53,727 bases of DNA from Salisapilia sapeloensis CBS 127946 (lineage: Eukaryota; Protista; Oomycota). The position numbers and the translations under genes are program-made. The notes under the pieces are model-generated. The model was not told where the DNA came from and made no database searches. It saw only the letters and a list, made by a program, of their open reading frames with translations. Below, piece by piece: positions 11,901-26,200 of the stretch; position 1 is the stretch's first letter, and each line of letters begins with the position of its first letter. The stretch is taken from the NCBI GenBank assembly GCA_023334545.1, contig JAADVB010000120.1, positions 1 through 53,727 of the forward strand, in the 5' to 3' direction.

Positions 11901-14136
11901 CTTCTTAAGCATGCAGGTCGCGAGGGCACTGGAACAAGCGATTCGTGTCGTCACGACTAGTCTGCCTGCATGGAGCTTTCGTCTCGTGCACGACTTCCCT
12001 TTCGTCCTTGACGTCGACACGAGATACCATTTCATGTACGCCACGACGTGCGGACCACCACGTGCGATCCAGTACCTCGCACGCAATGTCTGGAAACGTG
12101 CCATCGCAGAAGAACCTTCGAGCCGATCGAGACGATCGCATGGCGGTGGTCGACGCTCGCGGACTTCGGCCCTCACGAACTTGACCAAGATGGTCAAGCT
12201 CCCACGTCTCAAGGTCCGTGTCGCACGAGGCAAACTCCTTGTATCTGCACGTAAGCTCCTGGCGATCTACGGCGGAAAGCGAGCGATGATCGAGATCGAG
12301 TTTCTAGGAGAAGTCGGCACTGGTCTCGGGCCAACGACCGAGTTCTTTACTCTGGTAGCGCACGAGATTCAAGCGAGGAAGTTACGTCTTTGGCGAGATG
12401 AAAGTGCACCGAGTGAAGAAGAGATGCAAGTTGAAGTCAAGGAGGAGAGAGAGACGTCTCCGGCGCTACCTGTCCGTGGTTACCATCGTTTTGCTGTTTA
12501 CTATTGCGCTTCCTGTTGTTCTGTCAAAGTACCCAAGTGCTCGATCCATAAGACCTTGTTGACACATGACAAGCGACCGACGGACGGGAACAAGAAGAGT
12601 AATAAAGCACTGTCTGTCCCACAGTGCAGCACTTGTCTGGATGCAGAGGATGATGCGTCGGCGTTTAGTCATTGCGACTGCCACTCGGACGAGACAGAGG
12701 CAAAAGCACGAGAACTCCAGTGGTGGATCTTGACCGACGATGAGGTACACTATCTCTCGCGTGTGTATCCGCAGGACTCGGAGACGTTGCGTCATCCAGT
12801 CCTCCAGTGCGCCCACTGCGACACGGTCAACTTCCCTGGCACCGACGATGGCATCGTCACGATGGACCGAGACCGTATGCTCTCACGCCTCGGGCGACGC
12901 ATGTACGAGCGAGACTATCGCGCTGTCACCAAGCACGTGTCACCGCTATGTGAAGGCACGCCGCTAAAGATCGTCCCTGTGTCCTTGACGAAAGAACTAG
13001 TAGATGAGCTCGTAGAGAACGTACCGACTAGTCCAGAGGTCCTGGAGAGTGATATCGACTCCATGAGCTACGTGAATGAGTCCACTGCTTGGATGAAGAA
13101 CGTGTCTGCTGTCGGAGAAGCTGCTGTCGATGCTCCTTTCGGTCTCTACCCGAAGCCATACATGTCGGACACGACGGAAGACGTCGAGAGCGGCGACATG
13201 GGCGGATGGTTCAAGTTCTTAGGACAATTCGTTGCTCAGGCACTTTTAGATGAGCGTCTGCTCTCTCTTCCTCTCTCACGTCCATTCATGCGTCTCCTAC
13301 GTGGCGAGCAACTCGTCGGAGAAGGCGTCTCGACGTCGACTTCCCTCTCGTTCTTAGAAGAACTCGACCCGACACTTGCCAAGTCCCTTGGCTACCTGTA
13401 TGACCTTGCGTCTCAAGAACCTAGTGACAGTCGTACGGAAGAAGTGGAGGACATGTGTCTCTCCTTCACACTCGTTGGTACGCCGTCGATTGAACTCGTA
13501 GAAAACGGAAGTCATGTTCTAGTGTCGGCTGACAACTTGATGCAATATGTCCAAGCGAATCTAACGTTCTTCCTCCGCGACTCAGTGCAGAAACAAGTCT
13601 CGGCTTTCCATCGTGGATTTGAGCAGACGTGTGGACTTACTAGTCACGCGACATGGAACCATTCGTCTGCGATCCAATTTTTCCAAGTCTTTTCGTTAAA
13701 AGAGATGGAAGAGATGTTAAGTGATGCTGGAAGAGGTGATCTATGGGACCGGAATGGAAAAGATTTACGCAGTCACATCGTCTGTGCACATGGATACTCG
13801 GCATCGAGTCGAACGGTGAATGACTTGATCCATGTCTTGTGTGAATTGACACTTGAAGAGCAACGACTCTTTGTTCGATTTGTCACGGGCGCGAATCGAT
13901 TGCCACGAGGTGGATGGGCTGCTCTCGAACCGAAATTCACGGTCGTACGGAAACATCCGTCCGTGAGTCAAGGCAATACAGAGGAAGAACGAGCTCGAGA
14001 AGTTGATGCGTTATTACCATCAGCATCGACTTGCACGAATTACCTCAAACTACCGGAATACTCGAGTCGAGATGTACTCAAGGAACGGCTGCAGTATTGT
14101 ATTCGTGAAGGTCAGTGCAGCTTCCTTCTTTCCTAA
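8936..14136 (+). CDS. HECT E3 ubiquitin ligase, UPL3/TRIP12/Ufd4 family (N-terminal ARM repeats), 1691 aa, 3 exons
   Basis: Exons 8936-9239, 9301-9338, 9403-14136 (introns 61 and 64 nt) join in frame. Motifs LLEIEYMDVAE, ITAHEVASSGL, IEFLGEVGTGLGPTTEFF, FVRFVTGANRLP and catalytic LPSASTCTNYLKLPEY; terminal SFLLS. Confidence 0.95.
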
Positions 14137-14265
14137 CTTTCTACCTTTTTGCATTTGGATCCGAGAGAAGTGGTAGTGAGATGGTCTAGTAGAAAGACAA
14201 GAGTAGCTAGATCCGAAAACTAAACACTAAGCTTTCTTGGATAGTTTAATGCTTGAGTTGTTTAT

Positions 14266-17200
14266 CTACTTGTCTTTAGCGTCTGTGGATCGTACGGCAC
14301 GATGGCAGCGACGAGAGATGTGGAGGGTGCCGAGTAAGAGCAGCCCGATGCCGGTGCCGAGGACGACCCAACCGTACGGTGATGGAATCATCTCGGATAC
14401 CAAGATGCAGGTATTGATGAATGGACCGATGTAGATGAAGAGCAGGATGGTTGCAGCAGTTAGAATGATAGAAGAGAAGATACGATAGTAGCGAGGGCCC
14501 ATGAATGCCTCCATGACGTACAATGGATTCCACATCGCTGACAAGTGCAGCCGATCCGTTGGTTCGGCGAGATAAGGAAAGTTGTTCGGTTCACTACGTC
14601 CAAAGCCTGCGGCATATGTTTGAGCGAGTGAGCGAGGCAGGATTTCGATCGAAAGCAAGACTTGTCCTGCTTCGACTCGATCGTTAGTGTCCTTGTCATG
14701 CGTGTAAAACGTTTGCCAGTGACTGTCATCTGGATCCTCTCCGTCCAAACCAATGCGTCGCTTAAAAGACGTGACGAGCGACTTTGCTTCTTCCATGGTC
14801 ACTTCGTCCTCTTCCTGTGGAGCTCCTTGTTTAGTTCGTTGAGACGTGTAGGATGTAGGTCCAGAGTCTTGCTCAAGCAGCCTCGTTGATTCGCCTTCTC
14901 CTTCGTCATATTTGCCGATATCAATCGCAATGTCCGTAGCTGACGATGAGACCGATGGACGTGTTGCACCTCTCGGTTGCCCCGTTGTCTTACTGCTAGC
15001 TTGTCCACTTGATTTGTCAAAAGAAGACGAATCCTCATTCGGAGATCTCTCCTTGGCATAAACATTAATGACTTCCTTCGTCTTATGCGCTCGCTCAAGG
15101 AAATGACCGATATTGATAGTAGTTTCCGCGAGACAATCGTCGTACTTGATGTCTTTATCCCACATTTGCACATGAAGCTCTCCACGCTGTGTAGCATCTT
15201 CTGGATCTATCGGAAGCGTTACTGGAAACTTCATCCTCCAATTAAACGATGCCTTTCCTCGCTTTGCTCGCCAATGCGTGTCTGTGCTTTGCTTTTCGTT
15301 GTCTCGAGCCTGGAACCAAGCGGTCAAGTACAAGTCTGAGAGACCAGAGTAGTCTCCAGGTACCACATCCTTAGCTTTGTACATGATGACACGGACTTCG
15401 TACTCTTCCGGAGGTGGAAGAGAAATATCAATAGGAGGCGAAACCTGACTTTGCTCAATCGTGAGGATGTCCACCCACATGCGAATGTCAGCTTGAGAGT
15501 GCGTGTACTGAGGGACATACATCGGTCGAAACTCCAACGGATTGACATGATCCTTCAAAGCCGATACATTTCTATCGTGCTGCCCAGATGGACTAAAGAG
15601 ACGATCCTCCAAGTCGATCAGTGTCGTGCCGATTAAAGTATCGCCATGAGAAGAAGAACCGACGGAGAATAGACCAGAGGTGAACCCTTCTGGTAGACCT
15701 GGAATGGCAAACGGATCGTAGTCTAGCAGGTCGATTTTTAGTTCAGATGATCCTGGAAGCTTGGTCTTGAACTCGTACATGTTATGAATCCTTGGATGAA
15801 GAGTCTTTTTCTGGTACTTGGACCGGTCATTGATGACTTGAGATTGTCGATTACCGTTGCCGACTGTTAGGCGCAAGTACGGGTCGCAGCTCTGATGGTG
15901 ATTTTGAGGGATAACATGAAGTGCATCGAGTACATACACTCGAATGATATACTCCTGGGGCTGTATAAACGCGTTTAAATCAATCAAAGGCTCTTCATCG
16001 TCGCTGTCTACGACACGAATGATGCCCTTAAAATACCCAACTGAACGGTAATCTGTCTCATCCCCCTGCTTTGCCTTTAGCATACTTCCTCGGAAGAGTG
16101 AGTACGTCTCGAATGGTGGCTGAAGCTCTTCTTCAAGTCTACCATCCAAAACACGTCGATTTACCAAGTACGCCGGCGTTTCGTCACTACTGTCATCCTC
16201 TTTATCGTCTGCAAGTGTACTCTTTAGTTTATTTGCTTCTTCTCGACGCTTGTTTAATGGCGAAGATGGTTGAGAAGGAGATAAATTCTGCTCGAGATGA
16301 GAAGTAGACCCAGGAAATGTGGATAAATCCGACTTTTGCTCCATGAAAGGATTGCCAATGCTCACGCCAGTTTGAGGCTGCTTATACAATGGATTCGGCT
16401 GGTTATTCCACATTGGCATCGTGCTACACAGGTCAATGGAACAAACACCAAGAAGTGGCGTATAGAAGCCTCCTAGCAATCGATCGTAGACGCTCACACG
16501 AAGTCTCGGAGCAAAGAGTGGATCTGATGGAATATCCACCGGGAGTAGCATTCGCTGCAGGAAGTTTGGATTCTGGGGTGTTGGCTTGGAGACGCGATTG
16601 GTTAGTCTCGACGCACTACCTTGATCCATGCGAAACTCAATGTACGGTGTGGAAACGGGCGTGAAGCCTACAGGCTGTAAGTTTCTACAACCGAGACAAG
16701 TAATTTCTACAAACTTCTTTTTTGCCTTCGGTTTGATCGACTCTGGAGATGGAATACGTGCGTCTGGTGTGTCTTTTTTTATCAACTCGAAAGACAGCAA
16801 GAGCTCTCCGTACGTGTCACCATCATCCATGTACTTGATCGGGTGCCACTGCGGTCTAGGGCCGCTATGCTTTCCTGCTTCCACTGCAGCAGCATATTCT
16901 TTTGAAGAGATGACGTTCATATCTCTAAGCGAAAAGGATGTACGGCCGACGTATTCATCTCTTGATGAATACTTGTCATAGTCATAGACATGTAGGGAAA
17001 GTTTCGGCAAGAGATTTGAATCCGATGGCACTTCTATCTCTACCATCATCGCCTCGTAGAAGCAAGGATCACATGTGTTTTGTTGAATAGATGTCCGTTT
17101 TTCTTCTCCAGCGCAAATCACCTTGACGTATGGATCCAATAGACCGTCCGAATCTGCAGACGGGAGGCTTCGACCTTGGTAGACATAAGCAATCACAATG

Positions 17201-19995
17201 TACTGAGTATGGGCAACAGCCTGTGCTGCATGAGCTCTCCATTGGCTTCCAATATGCCTTTCAAGATGTTCATCTCCGATACCTCGCTCCAAATGCAGTG
17301 ACATAAGCACATTACCCGTGTAGTCACTATCCTTTAGTTCGTCCAAGACTCGATCTTCGTGCAACGAGATCCATGTTGGATGAACGATATCACAGGAGGT
17401 GGGAGATGTCGGCTGCTCTCTCCAAAGCGTTTTCGCTTGGATGCGAGCGTAGCAGATGCGTTCCGATTTGGACTTCACCAAGTACACGAACACATCTGGC
17501 GCTTGGTCCAAGTCCGTCGGTAGCTCTAGCTCTGGTATGGAAATGTATTGATTGAGATGGCAAACACCATCTTCTACCTTGACTTCCGATGTCCAGACTT
17601 CCTCATAGCCGATAGCAATGCTAAAACAAGCATCGTTTCCGACACTTGTAGGAATGTCTGTAGCGTAGAGAAGAGAGATACGGAGTATATATTGTGCAGA
17701 CGCTGGTAAGAGCTCGTCATTAATCAGATTGCGAGTATGCGGACGGTCGTTTAGGGAAGTCGAGTCGTCCTCAACACGCAGGGATAAAAGCACACGACCT
17801 CTGTATGTACTCGCAGTTTTCGGACTATCCTGCATGAGCTCTCTTGCCTTGGAGCCGATGACGTAACCGACTGGAGGTCCATATAGATTGTACCAGCGAT
17901 GGGTATGGTATGTCGGGTTCGCTTGGACGCTACTAAAGTACAGAGTTTCCATCAATTTAGCGACTAATTCATCATCACTGCCGACATCTGAGTCCCACAC
18001 GGAGACCAAGACGCGATTGGACATGGTTGGCAAAAGAACGGGGAACCAGAGCTCCTCACTGAACTTGACAGATCGACTAGCATCGTGTGATGTCTTCACT
18101 TTAGTTTTTAGAGCAGATTGGCCTGCAAAGTACACTTGAACGTAGGCGTCAATGCCACCAGACTTGAGGATATTGTTATCCATACTAGGTAAGTGTTCCG
18201 CTCGATGAACTGTCACAACTAAGTATTTGAGCGTCTGCACAACTCGAGGAGGTACAATGACCAGCGAATCCATATCTGGTTGCTCGGATGGATCTGAGCA
18301 GTCGTTCAAAGCGTCCTTGTCTTCACTCTCCTTGTGCATAACCAGCTTGTCGCCAGGTCCAAGCACTACGATAGAAAGCAGGAGATACCCCTGGATACGA
18401 TCACTGGTTCGCTTGTCGTTGCCTACGAGCGCTACCCACTTTTGGTGCAGCTCATGGTTGCGTTGGTAGTACACGTACGGTATGTCAATAACAAAGAAGC
18501 CAATTAAGTCATCTAGACTAGTGACGCCATTAGAGGCAAAGAGAGATGGGCCATCGGCATCCATGACGGAGATTTTAATGTTTCCGCCTTCTACTGCGTC
18601 AGCAGACAGACTATGGAAATTGAAGAATAGGTACTCGTCAAAGACACACGAGAGCTGGTTCAACTTGACCTTGGTGTGCTGACGCTGACCCATACAATCC
18701 ACGGCGATGACAGGGTCGCACGTTCCGTTCCAATCCATAGGCTTGAGATCACGTAATTCGACAATGCGCACTCGAACTTGGTAGTCTCCTGGCTTGAACT
18801 GGATCTTGGACATTTCGTCAAGCATTTTCTGGTGCTCTGCTTGCTGCTTCTCTCTCTCCGCTTGCGTCTCTTGTGCACTGTCCGTTTGCTCTTCGATATC
18901 TGCATCGCCTTCATATTCAATCGCGCTACCAGGAGGTAAATTACTTTCGTATTCGTCATCGTCACCTGGGACTTCATCTGGCCCTCTCAAACCTCTCGAC
19001 TTTGGCACGACGGTACTGTGATCCATTTCACCTTGATCTATGTTCGGTGCCTTCCGAGATACATGCACCATTTCCAATGCAAGACAGATCCGTCCTCGGC
19101 TATAGCTCATTGCTCGATCCGGAGATAAATCACTTGCTGTTCCCTTGTTTTCTAAAGGCTCTAAGGCTAGCCAGAACACCTTCTTAACCGTACCAAAGCG
19201 ACTGCACCAGTCATCTAGGTTGATCGTACAGCAGCCGAGGAAATCATTCGACCAAAAGTCACTATCTTGGACTAGCAACGTCAAACGCTGGCCATTTCCA
19301 ACGTATCGGAAGAAGAAACGCTGGCGCCAGCGCGGACGAAGTGTCTTTTGCTCTACTTTTGTTTGCTGTGGCGCATGTCGATCCGATCGAAGCTCGACAA
19401 AAGGGTCACTCGTGGCCTTTGGTCCCTTCCCATCTTTCGCAAGCACACCCTTTGCTTCCAAGACAGAAACGATAATAAAGTTGGGAGTTGTCGTATCAGA
19501 TGAGGTAGTAGTCACTTCAACTGTGAGCTCTCCTATTGCCTGCAAGTACCATAAGCAAACGTATAGCAGATATGTCTTCCATAAAAGAGTAGAAACCTAC
19601 CTCACCATCGCCAGAGACTGGCTTCAGCGACAATGTATGCTGCTTTTGACCTAGCTGGGACAAGCGCAGCTCAGATCTTCCAATGACTTGGTCGTTGGAT
19701 GATTCGACCACAGAGTAGAGAGTAAAGCGTAGTGTATCATTCTTCCCATTCATATTGAGCGTCTCGTTCCAAGTAGGTCGTTCAGAAGCTGCCGTCGCTT
19801 TAGTTCTCGCAGATCCGTCACCGCAAGTGATCTCGCAATCTACGCAAATACATGTTAATGGAGACTCGTTTTTAAATTCATGACACATCGCGTAGATGAC
19901 GTACACCATGTAGGCGATGCAGATATATCCTCCTCATAATGCACCATAAGATTAGAACCATACAGCACCTTAACTCGCATTTGTTGTGAAGGCAT
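14266..19995 (-). CDS. Ferlin-family multi-C2 membrane protein, about 1867 aa, 3 exons
   Basis: Exons 19995-19905, 19839-19601, 19539-14266 (introns 65 and 61 nt). About nine C2-like segments; ferlin signatures STDTHWR..GKASFNWRMKF and GFGRSEPNNFPYLAEP; C-terminal hydrophobic anchor. Confidence 0.9.
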
Positions 19996-20256
19996 GGAGC
20001 TTGAGAGATGCAGTGAAAAGTTGGAATGTGAAGAGGTGCCGGTCTGAAAGATCCCAAGATCGCGCCGTTTCATCTTGAAGATCTTGTTAGTCCTCACTTC
20101 CAGCCAAGCCCTCCACCGGTAGATGATAAAGTAGCAACAGCAGCAGCATTAAAAGAGTAAAGATTGTAGTATTGAGCTAGCTATAGCACATCCGTAGATG
20201 GCTAATTAAAAGGCGAATGAGAACGGAAAAAGTAATCTAACTTCCGTGCCCGCTGC

Positions 20257-23200
20257 TTAGACCGGGTTGAAGAAGTCGATCAATCGGTCCCAGTACATAC
20301 TCTCTATGTGGCTCACAATGTCAAAGGTGTACGGAGTAATTTCGACCGAACCACTCGTGCCACTGACGCTTAAGGTAGGTTGTTCCAGGAGCGTGTTACT
20401 GATGTAGATATCGTAGACCGATTCGCCAGTCGTGAGTGCTGAGCCACTTACTGAAAACTTCCCCTTGAACCAGAAACTATTGATAAGGAAGTTTTCAAGT
20501 GCCGAGACATCGAATCCGTTTTCCGTGTGCACTTCGATTCGGTGATCCCACGAGACCTCCAACGTCTCTCCATCCGGTATGGTCAGTCGCCAGTAGGATG
20601 CAGTGTAACGCAGGGATGATTTCGTATCAGTCGGATCAGTATCGTAGTTCAGATTGCACTCCAAAGCCGATAAGCAGAACAATGGTTGAGAAAGTAGTCG
20701 CAAGTCTGCTATCGGCTGATACCTCGAAGCGTCAAAGACAGGAGTTGTCACGTTTGTGACGTACAGCGTTTGGGATGTGCCATCGCTAGCCTCGCTATAG
20801 AATTGAAGGTTCGGATTGGACGTATCCATCGGAGATAAGGAAGGTAGCAACATGTCCATAACGTTTGCTTTACAGTCGAATGACTGAAGACATCGGTCTC
20901 GGAACGAAGCACAGGCATCGACACATTCTGGCGTGGTGGTTGTATCCCAAATGTACTCTGGTTCGTTCGGTATTTGATCGAACAAGGAGAGTTCATTAGA
21001 TGGTGGCACCTCGAACCACTGGTTGAGCGAATTCCAATTGATGGCATCTCGGGAATCACTTCTTAAGAAGGCATCAATAGTCGGATTGATCGGTGGCTCT
21101 GGTCCAAATTGGAACGTCACGATGTCATTCGGGTTGCTAGCAAAGACGATATCGATAGCGCCTCCAGGATTTGGCTGTGAAACAGACACAATGCGTTTAT
21201 ATTTGTCCTGCGGCAAGGACTGAAGCAGATTGTTGACTTCATCCTCCGTTTGAGGGAATGTATTTTCCGTCGACGTGCCCGATGCCACATCCGTCATATC
21301 TAAGGTTTCCGAGCTGCCAGGGATATGCAAGCTAAAGTCGGTAGTGATGTACGTGGCCCAACTGATGGAGAACGGATTCGCATACTCCTTGTAGTGAGTA
21401 CCGACGAGGCAACTGTATTGACTAAAGCACTGCAGCAGCTTGAGGAATGACGGGATATTTATAAGTTGAGCATCCCAAGTCGCATATCGCTCCATCAAGT
21501 CTGCTACAGCGAAGCCTTCTGGCGCGTACTCATAGTTCAGGTCAGCAGGAGACAGGTACTGACTTAAGATCGTGTGACCCGCATTGTAGCAATCCGGGTC
21601 GGATCCATCCTTCGTGCATGCTTCCATCAACTGAGCGCAATCCGGGCACAACGCATGAGGATCTATTGGAGATGAAGAGCCGTCGGCGTAGCTGCCACTG
21701 CCACTACCACTGTATTCAGGCATCACAGGTGAATAAAGACCGAACCATTCTGCCAAGTTCATCCAATCCACGCTAGTAGAGTCGCCAGAGGCCATGAAGG
21801 AACCACTGATATCTGTGGTAAACGTCACGCTTTCAGAAGTTTCAAACGAGAGCTTAAGCTCAAATGGTGGAGAGAAGGAGACACGGAAGGTAGGCGTGAG
21901 TCCACTATCTGTCGCTGCTATCTCCTCGATCGTATATGGAACAGGGGCACCGTCTTGAGTTATATAGTTAGACAAATAGCCTTCAAGCATACTTTGCGAT
22001 TCTGGGAACGTGAGATCCGAGCCCATCATACCATTGTAGGCCATGTTGAAAGTGGTGGATAGTGGAGCAGACGGAATCTCGAACGTAGCATGCATTTGCA
22101 CACTAGTGCTTGCATCCATCGCTCTATTGACAGTACACTCGTTGTTCATGACATTAAACAGCAGTCCAAGGAACTGGTCCACTGCTTCAGATCCGTATTG
22201 GGATCTCCAGTCTGTAATCATGCTCGTGAAGCTATATTCAATCGTTCCAGAAGCAACGTGCTCGGCAGGCAAGCTGTTCTGTAGGATCGACCGAGCAACG
22301 CTGTCACAAGCGCCGTTCGATAGACATTTTTTCAGCGCTGATGCCGAAGCATCACAGATAGTGCTGCGAGGCATACTCATCGAATGCTTCTGAGCCATTT
22401 CAGCTATCATGAAGCTAAGATCATTCCAATCGATCGGAGTGGTGCTATCACTTCTCACTCCTTCGAACGTAAGCGCGATGTCACTCCGTTCAGCTATTAT
22501 GCCAGACGCTTCGTTTCGGATCTCTGGCATCGGACCAATGTACTCTGACAATGTAATGGACAAGTATGACGTATCGAACGAGTAGCTGACACTCACATTG
22601 ATCTTGCCGTTCGGGGTATAGTAGGCAAGCGAGTCACTAATGCGGTTCGATAGATCCGACAAACTAGTGTTCATGAAATTGTCATACGTAAAGGATGGAT
22701 GCTCGGCAAAAGGGACGCCATAAGCATCGAAGCTAACGTAAATACTATCTCCTTGAGAGACATACAAGTGGTACTGAGCGGGATGGTACCCGAGGATGTT
22801 GTACTGTGCCATGTCAGGTCCACCACCGAGTCGTCCGTCTGGACAACGAACGCTTTGATCATGAAGACAGAGGAACAATGACGCAAGAGGAGGAAGCTCA
22901 GATGCCAAGCCTCGTTTGTGCAGCGTCTGGAAAGCCCAGCCAAAGTCCATGAAAAAGTTGCTGGGCGCCTCCATCATATCGTCTGACTTGACGGCAATGT
23001 CCATCAAGTAGTGGAGCGATAAGGCTGCATCCTTACAATTTTCATTCACTGCACAATCTTCTCGGTAGTCGCACGAGTGACACTCAGGGTCTCCATGTTG
23101 GGTTCCACTGTCGTATGCCGGCTTATATATTGCGCCGTTCAAGTACATGAAGAAGTCGTCGTAGGTGGCATCCGGATGCGAATGCATCGATTCTATGAGA

Positions 23201-26200
23201 TGCACTTGCCATGCTTTTGTAGTTGCTGGAGTATTCATATTCGCTTCGTCGTACCAGACCTTCGGGACATCTCCAAGGTAATGATAGAACGTCAGCGTAA
23301 CGTTGGTGTTCGGTCCGACCGACATCGCTTGTAGATCAAGCTCACTTGCTGCTCCCATCGTAGTAGCCTCATATACCTTGTTTCGAAGGTCATCCACGTT
23401 ATCTGTCATCACGAGCTCATACATAATTCCATCGGCTGCTTCAATGATCAGCGTTTGACCAACCTGTGCTTCCACATGTACTTGCGCTGGCATGATGTTC
23501 ATATTTGTTACGACCGTCTTTCCATCAATGTATCGACAGCTCACATCGTCCGTGTAGCACATGACAAAGTTGGAAAGCAGCTTAAAGTAATAATCATTCG
23601 TTCCCATCCGGACGTCTTGAAGTAGTTGCGTCACATCCCACACAGCTCCTTCTTCCGCCATCCACTTGTAGCTGCCGTCCGATATACTCGAGTTCAACTT
23701 GCTCCTCAAGTCTTCCCATGCGTTGCTACAGTCTGCATCTTCTAAGCATATATTGTATCGCTCAGCACAGTCCGAACAAGAGCTAGTCGGCATCGGGCCA
23801 TTCGCTAATGAAGAAAGTCTCTCGATAAGCGGCTGCAGCATCATCGTCTCCGGCATATCATACTTTCCAAAGTCCGCTTCCGATATGCGAATCCAAGCCT
23901 CCCATTTCTTGATGGAAGCTACATCCGTCGTATTAATGTTCGTGATCGTTGGAAGACGTCCGAGGTAGTTGTGAAGAAGGATCGTGAGCTCACTCGATTC
24001 CTCTTGATAAGCAGCTTCGACGTAAAAGTGTCGTGAGACTTGGTACTCTAGCTCGAGCCGATTATAGAGCCATTCCGAAAGAGACCGAGCGTTGTATGAA
24101 TAGAATGCTCCAAACGTCCGGTAAGGATCTCTCGCTGAATCTCTTCCTTCTAGGCCATATTTCAACTCGAGCATCTGTCCTTCTGAAACGTAGAGTGTGT
24201 ACTTGGCTGGAACAAGATGAATGCGCGATGGTTGATCATCTCTCCACGGACTAAGAAGACAAGAAGGATGTCGGTCGGCATATGTGTACATCTCAAGTAA
24301 CTGGACGTAGCTTTCGTTACTCAGTCGATCCATCAGAGCTTGGAAAGTCCAGGAGATATTCACAGCATAGTACCCGTCGATATTTTGGTAAGCACTATGC
24401 ACGTCGATTTGCTTCAATAGCTCAGCATGTGTCCGTGCTCCAGACTGACAGTCTGGACGACTAGCACACGTCTCAATGTAATTTCTGAGACTCTCACATT
24501 CGTATCCCATCGAGCCATCATAACCTTGACTCATACCGATGAGTGCGGATGCCATCGCAGTCCACTGAAGGTTTCCATCAGAATACTCTGCATGCTCTCG
24601 AATAGACAGTTTATATGGCATCATAATAGCTCCTACTCCATGCATATTAGTGATAGATGGAAGCGGACCGGCATAGTTTTCCACGACAATCGTCGTGTTG
24701 CCACTACTACTGTCATACGACGTCCACACATACGTCCGAGATGCCGGACTTCCGTAATTCCGAAGGAACCCCTCAAGTTCATTCGAGAAGAGGTCGACAG
24801 ATGTTGAGTTGAAAGTGTATGATAGTTGAGCACTGTCAGAGACTCCGCCATTGTTATATGTCAAGTAGGCATTCACATTGCTGTTTTCCTCGACGTTTAA
24901 GCGGTATACAGTCGGCTCAAAGACAAACCTTGCGCCTGTGTAATCTACCATGTCATCTCGAGGGATCGTACATGCTGAGTCTTGACCTAAGTACATGACA
25001 AGATCGCTCAGGACACCAAAGCCATCCTTACTACTACTAAAGCTGACATTCTGCAATGTCCATGTCAAGTCCACTTCATAGTACCCTTCACTTGTCACCG
25101 GTAGAGGTTTATTGTAGTAGATGCTCTCGAGGTAGGTCACGTATCGACGCAGTGCCTCTAGACATCCATCATTTTGCTTGCAACTTTCCAAGTAGCTTTC
25201 GACGCCTGGACATAGCCCAGAAAGTAAATTCGGCCTACCATTCTCGAGTAAACCTCCATGCAAGAAGTGTTGCAGCTTGCTGATGTCAATGTCCATCGAG
25301 CTCGAGTACGGTGCAACGAGTGTCAGATCTCGCACTTGATCCACGACAGCATAAACACGTCCATTCGCGTTCTCATACCACACTTCTGGTATTGGGCCGA
25401 GAGAATTGACAAAATGGATGCGATAGATTGATCGTGTGTCCGATCCTTGCTCCTGTACTACATCCACCCACACGTCGACGTTTGTGTCATTCAGACCATG
25501 TAATGCCACTTGACGCAGGAAAGCTCCCATGGCATCCGTATGATAAGTCACCGTATGCGTGAATTCAGTTCCGTCATATGAAGCTGCATGCAACGTCTGA
25601 TTGATGTCCAATTCGATTTGGATACCTTGAGGTGTAAAGGAGAGTCCAGTCGGGTGCGTTTCGTTCAAATACCAGTCGAGCTTGCAAGTCGGCTCCACGA
25701 GCGCATAGCACAAAAAGTGCTTTGCGACTTGCATGTACTCGTCAAACGTCGTCCTGCCCCAGAGCTGGTCAAAGGCAGGTAAGAGATTCCATCGCGTCAC
25801 AGCATCATTAGATCGAATGGAGCCTTCCGGGCTCCCAAGCAAGTGAGATAACTCACCCATAGCTTTCTTACAACTTTCCTTCGTCGCACACTCGACGTAG
25901 CTGGCGACACAATCCGTGCATGAGCCAAAGTCTCCAAAGTCCACGGCATCCCCCACGACATCCTTGCGCATCTCTAGAATCGAGTACGCGATTTCCACTA
26001 GTCGATCGTACTTGAGCTCTCCTTCTTCTTGCGTACTCGATAGATGGAGTCGCCATGGCTCCACATGTGCTTCTCCACCTTTCGAGAAGGAAAAGTGGAA
26101 TGGAAGAGGGCCCAAGTAGCCATTAATGTTTAAGACAAAGTAGACGTTGGAATCGCCGTAGTTGTTGTGTTGCTCGATCGACATCCACACGTTGTCGTTG

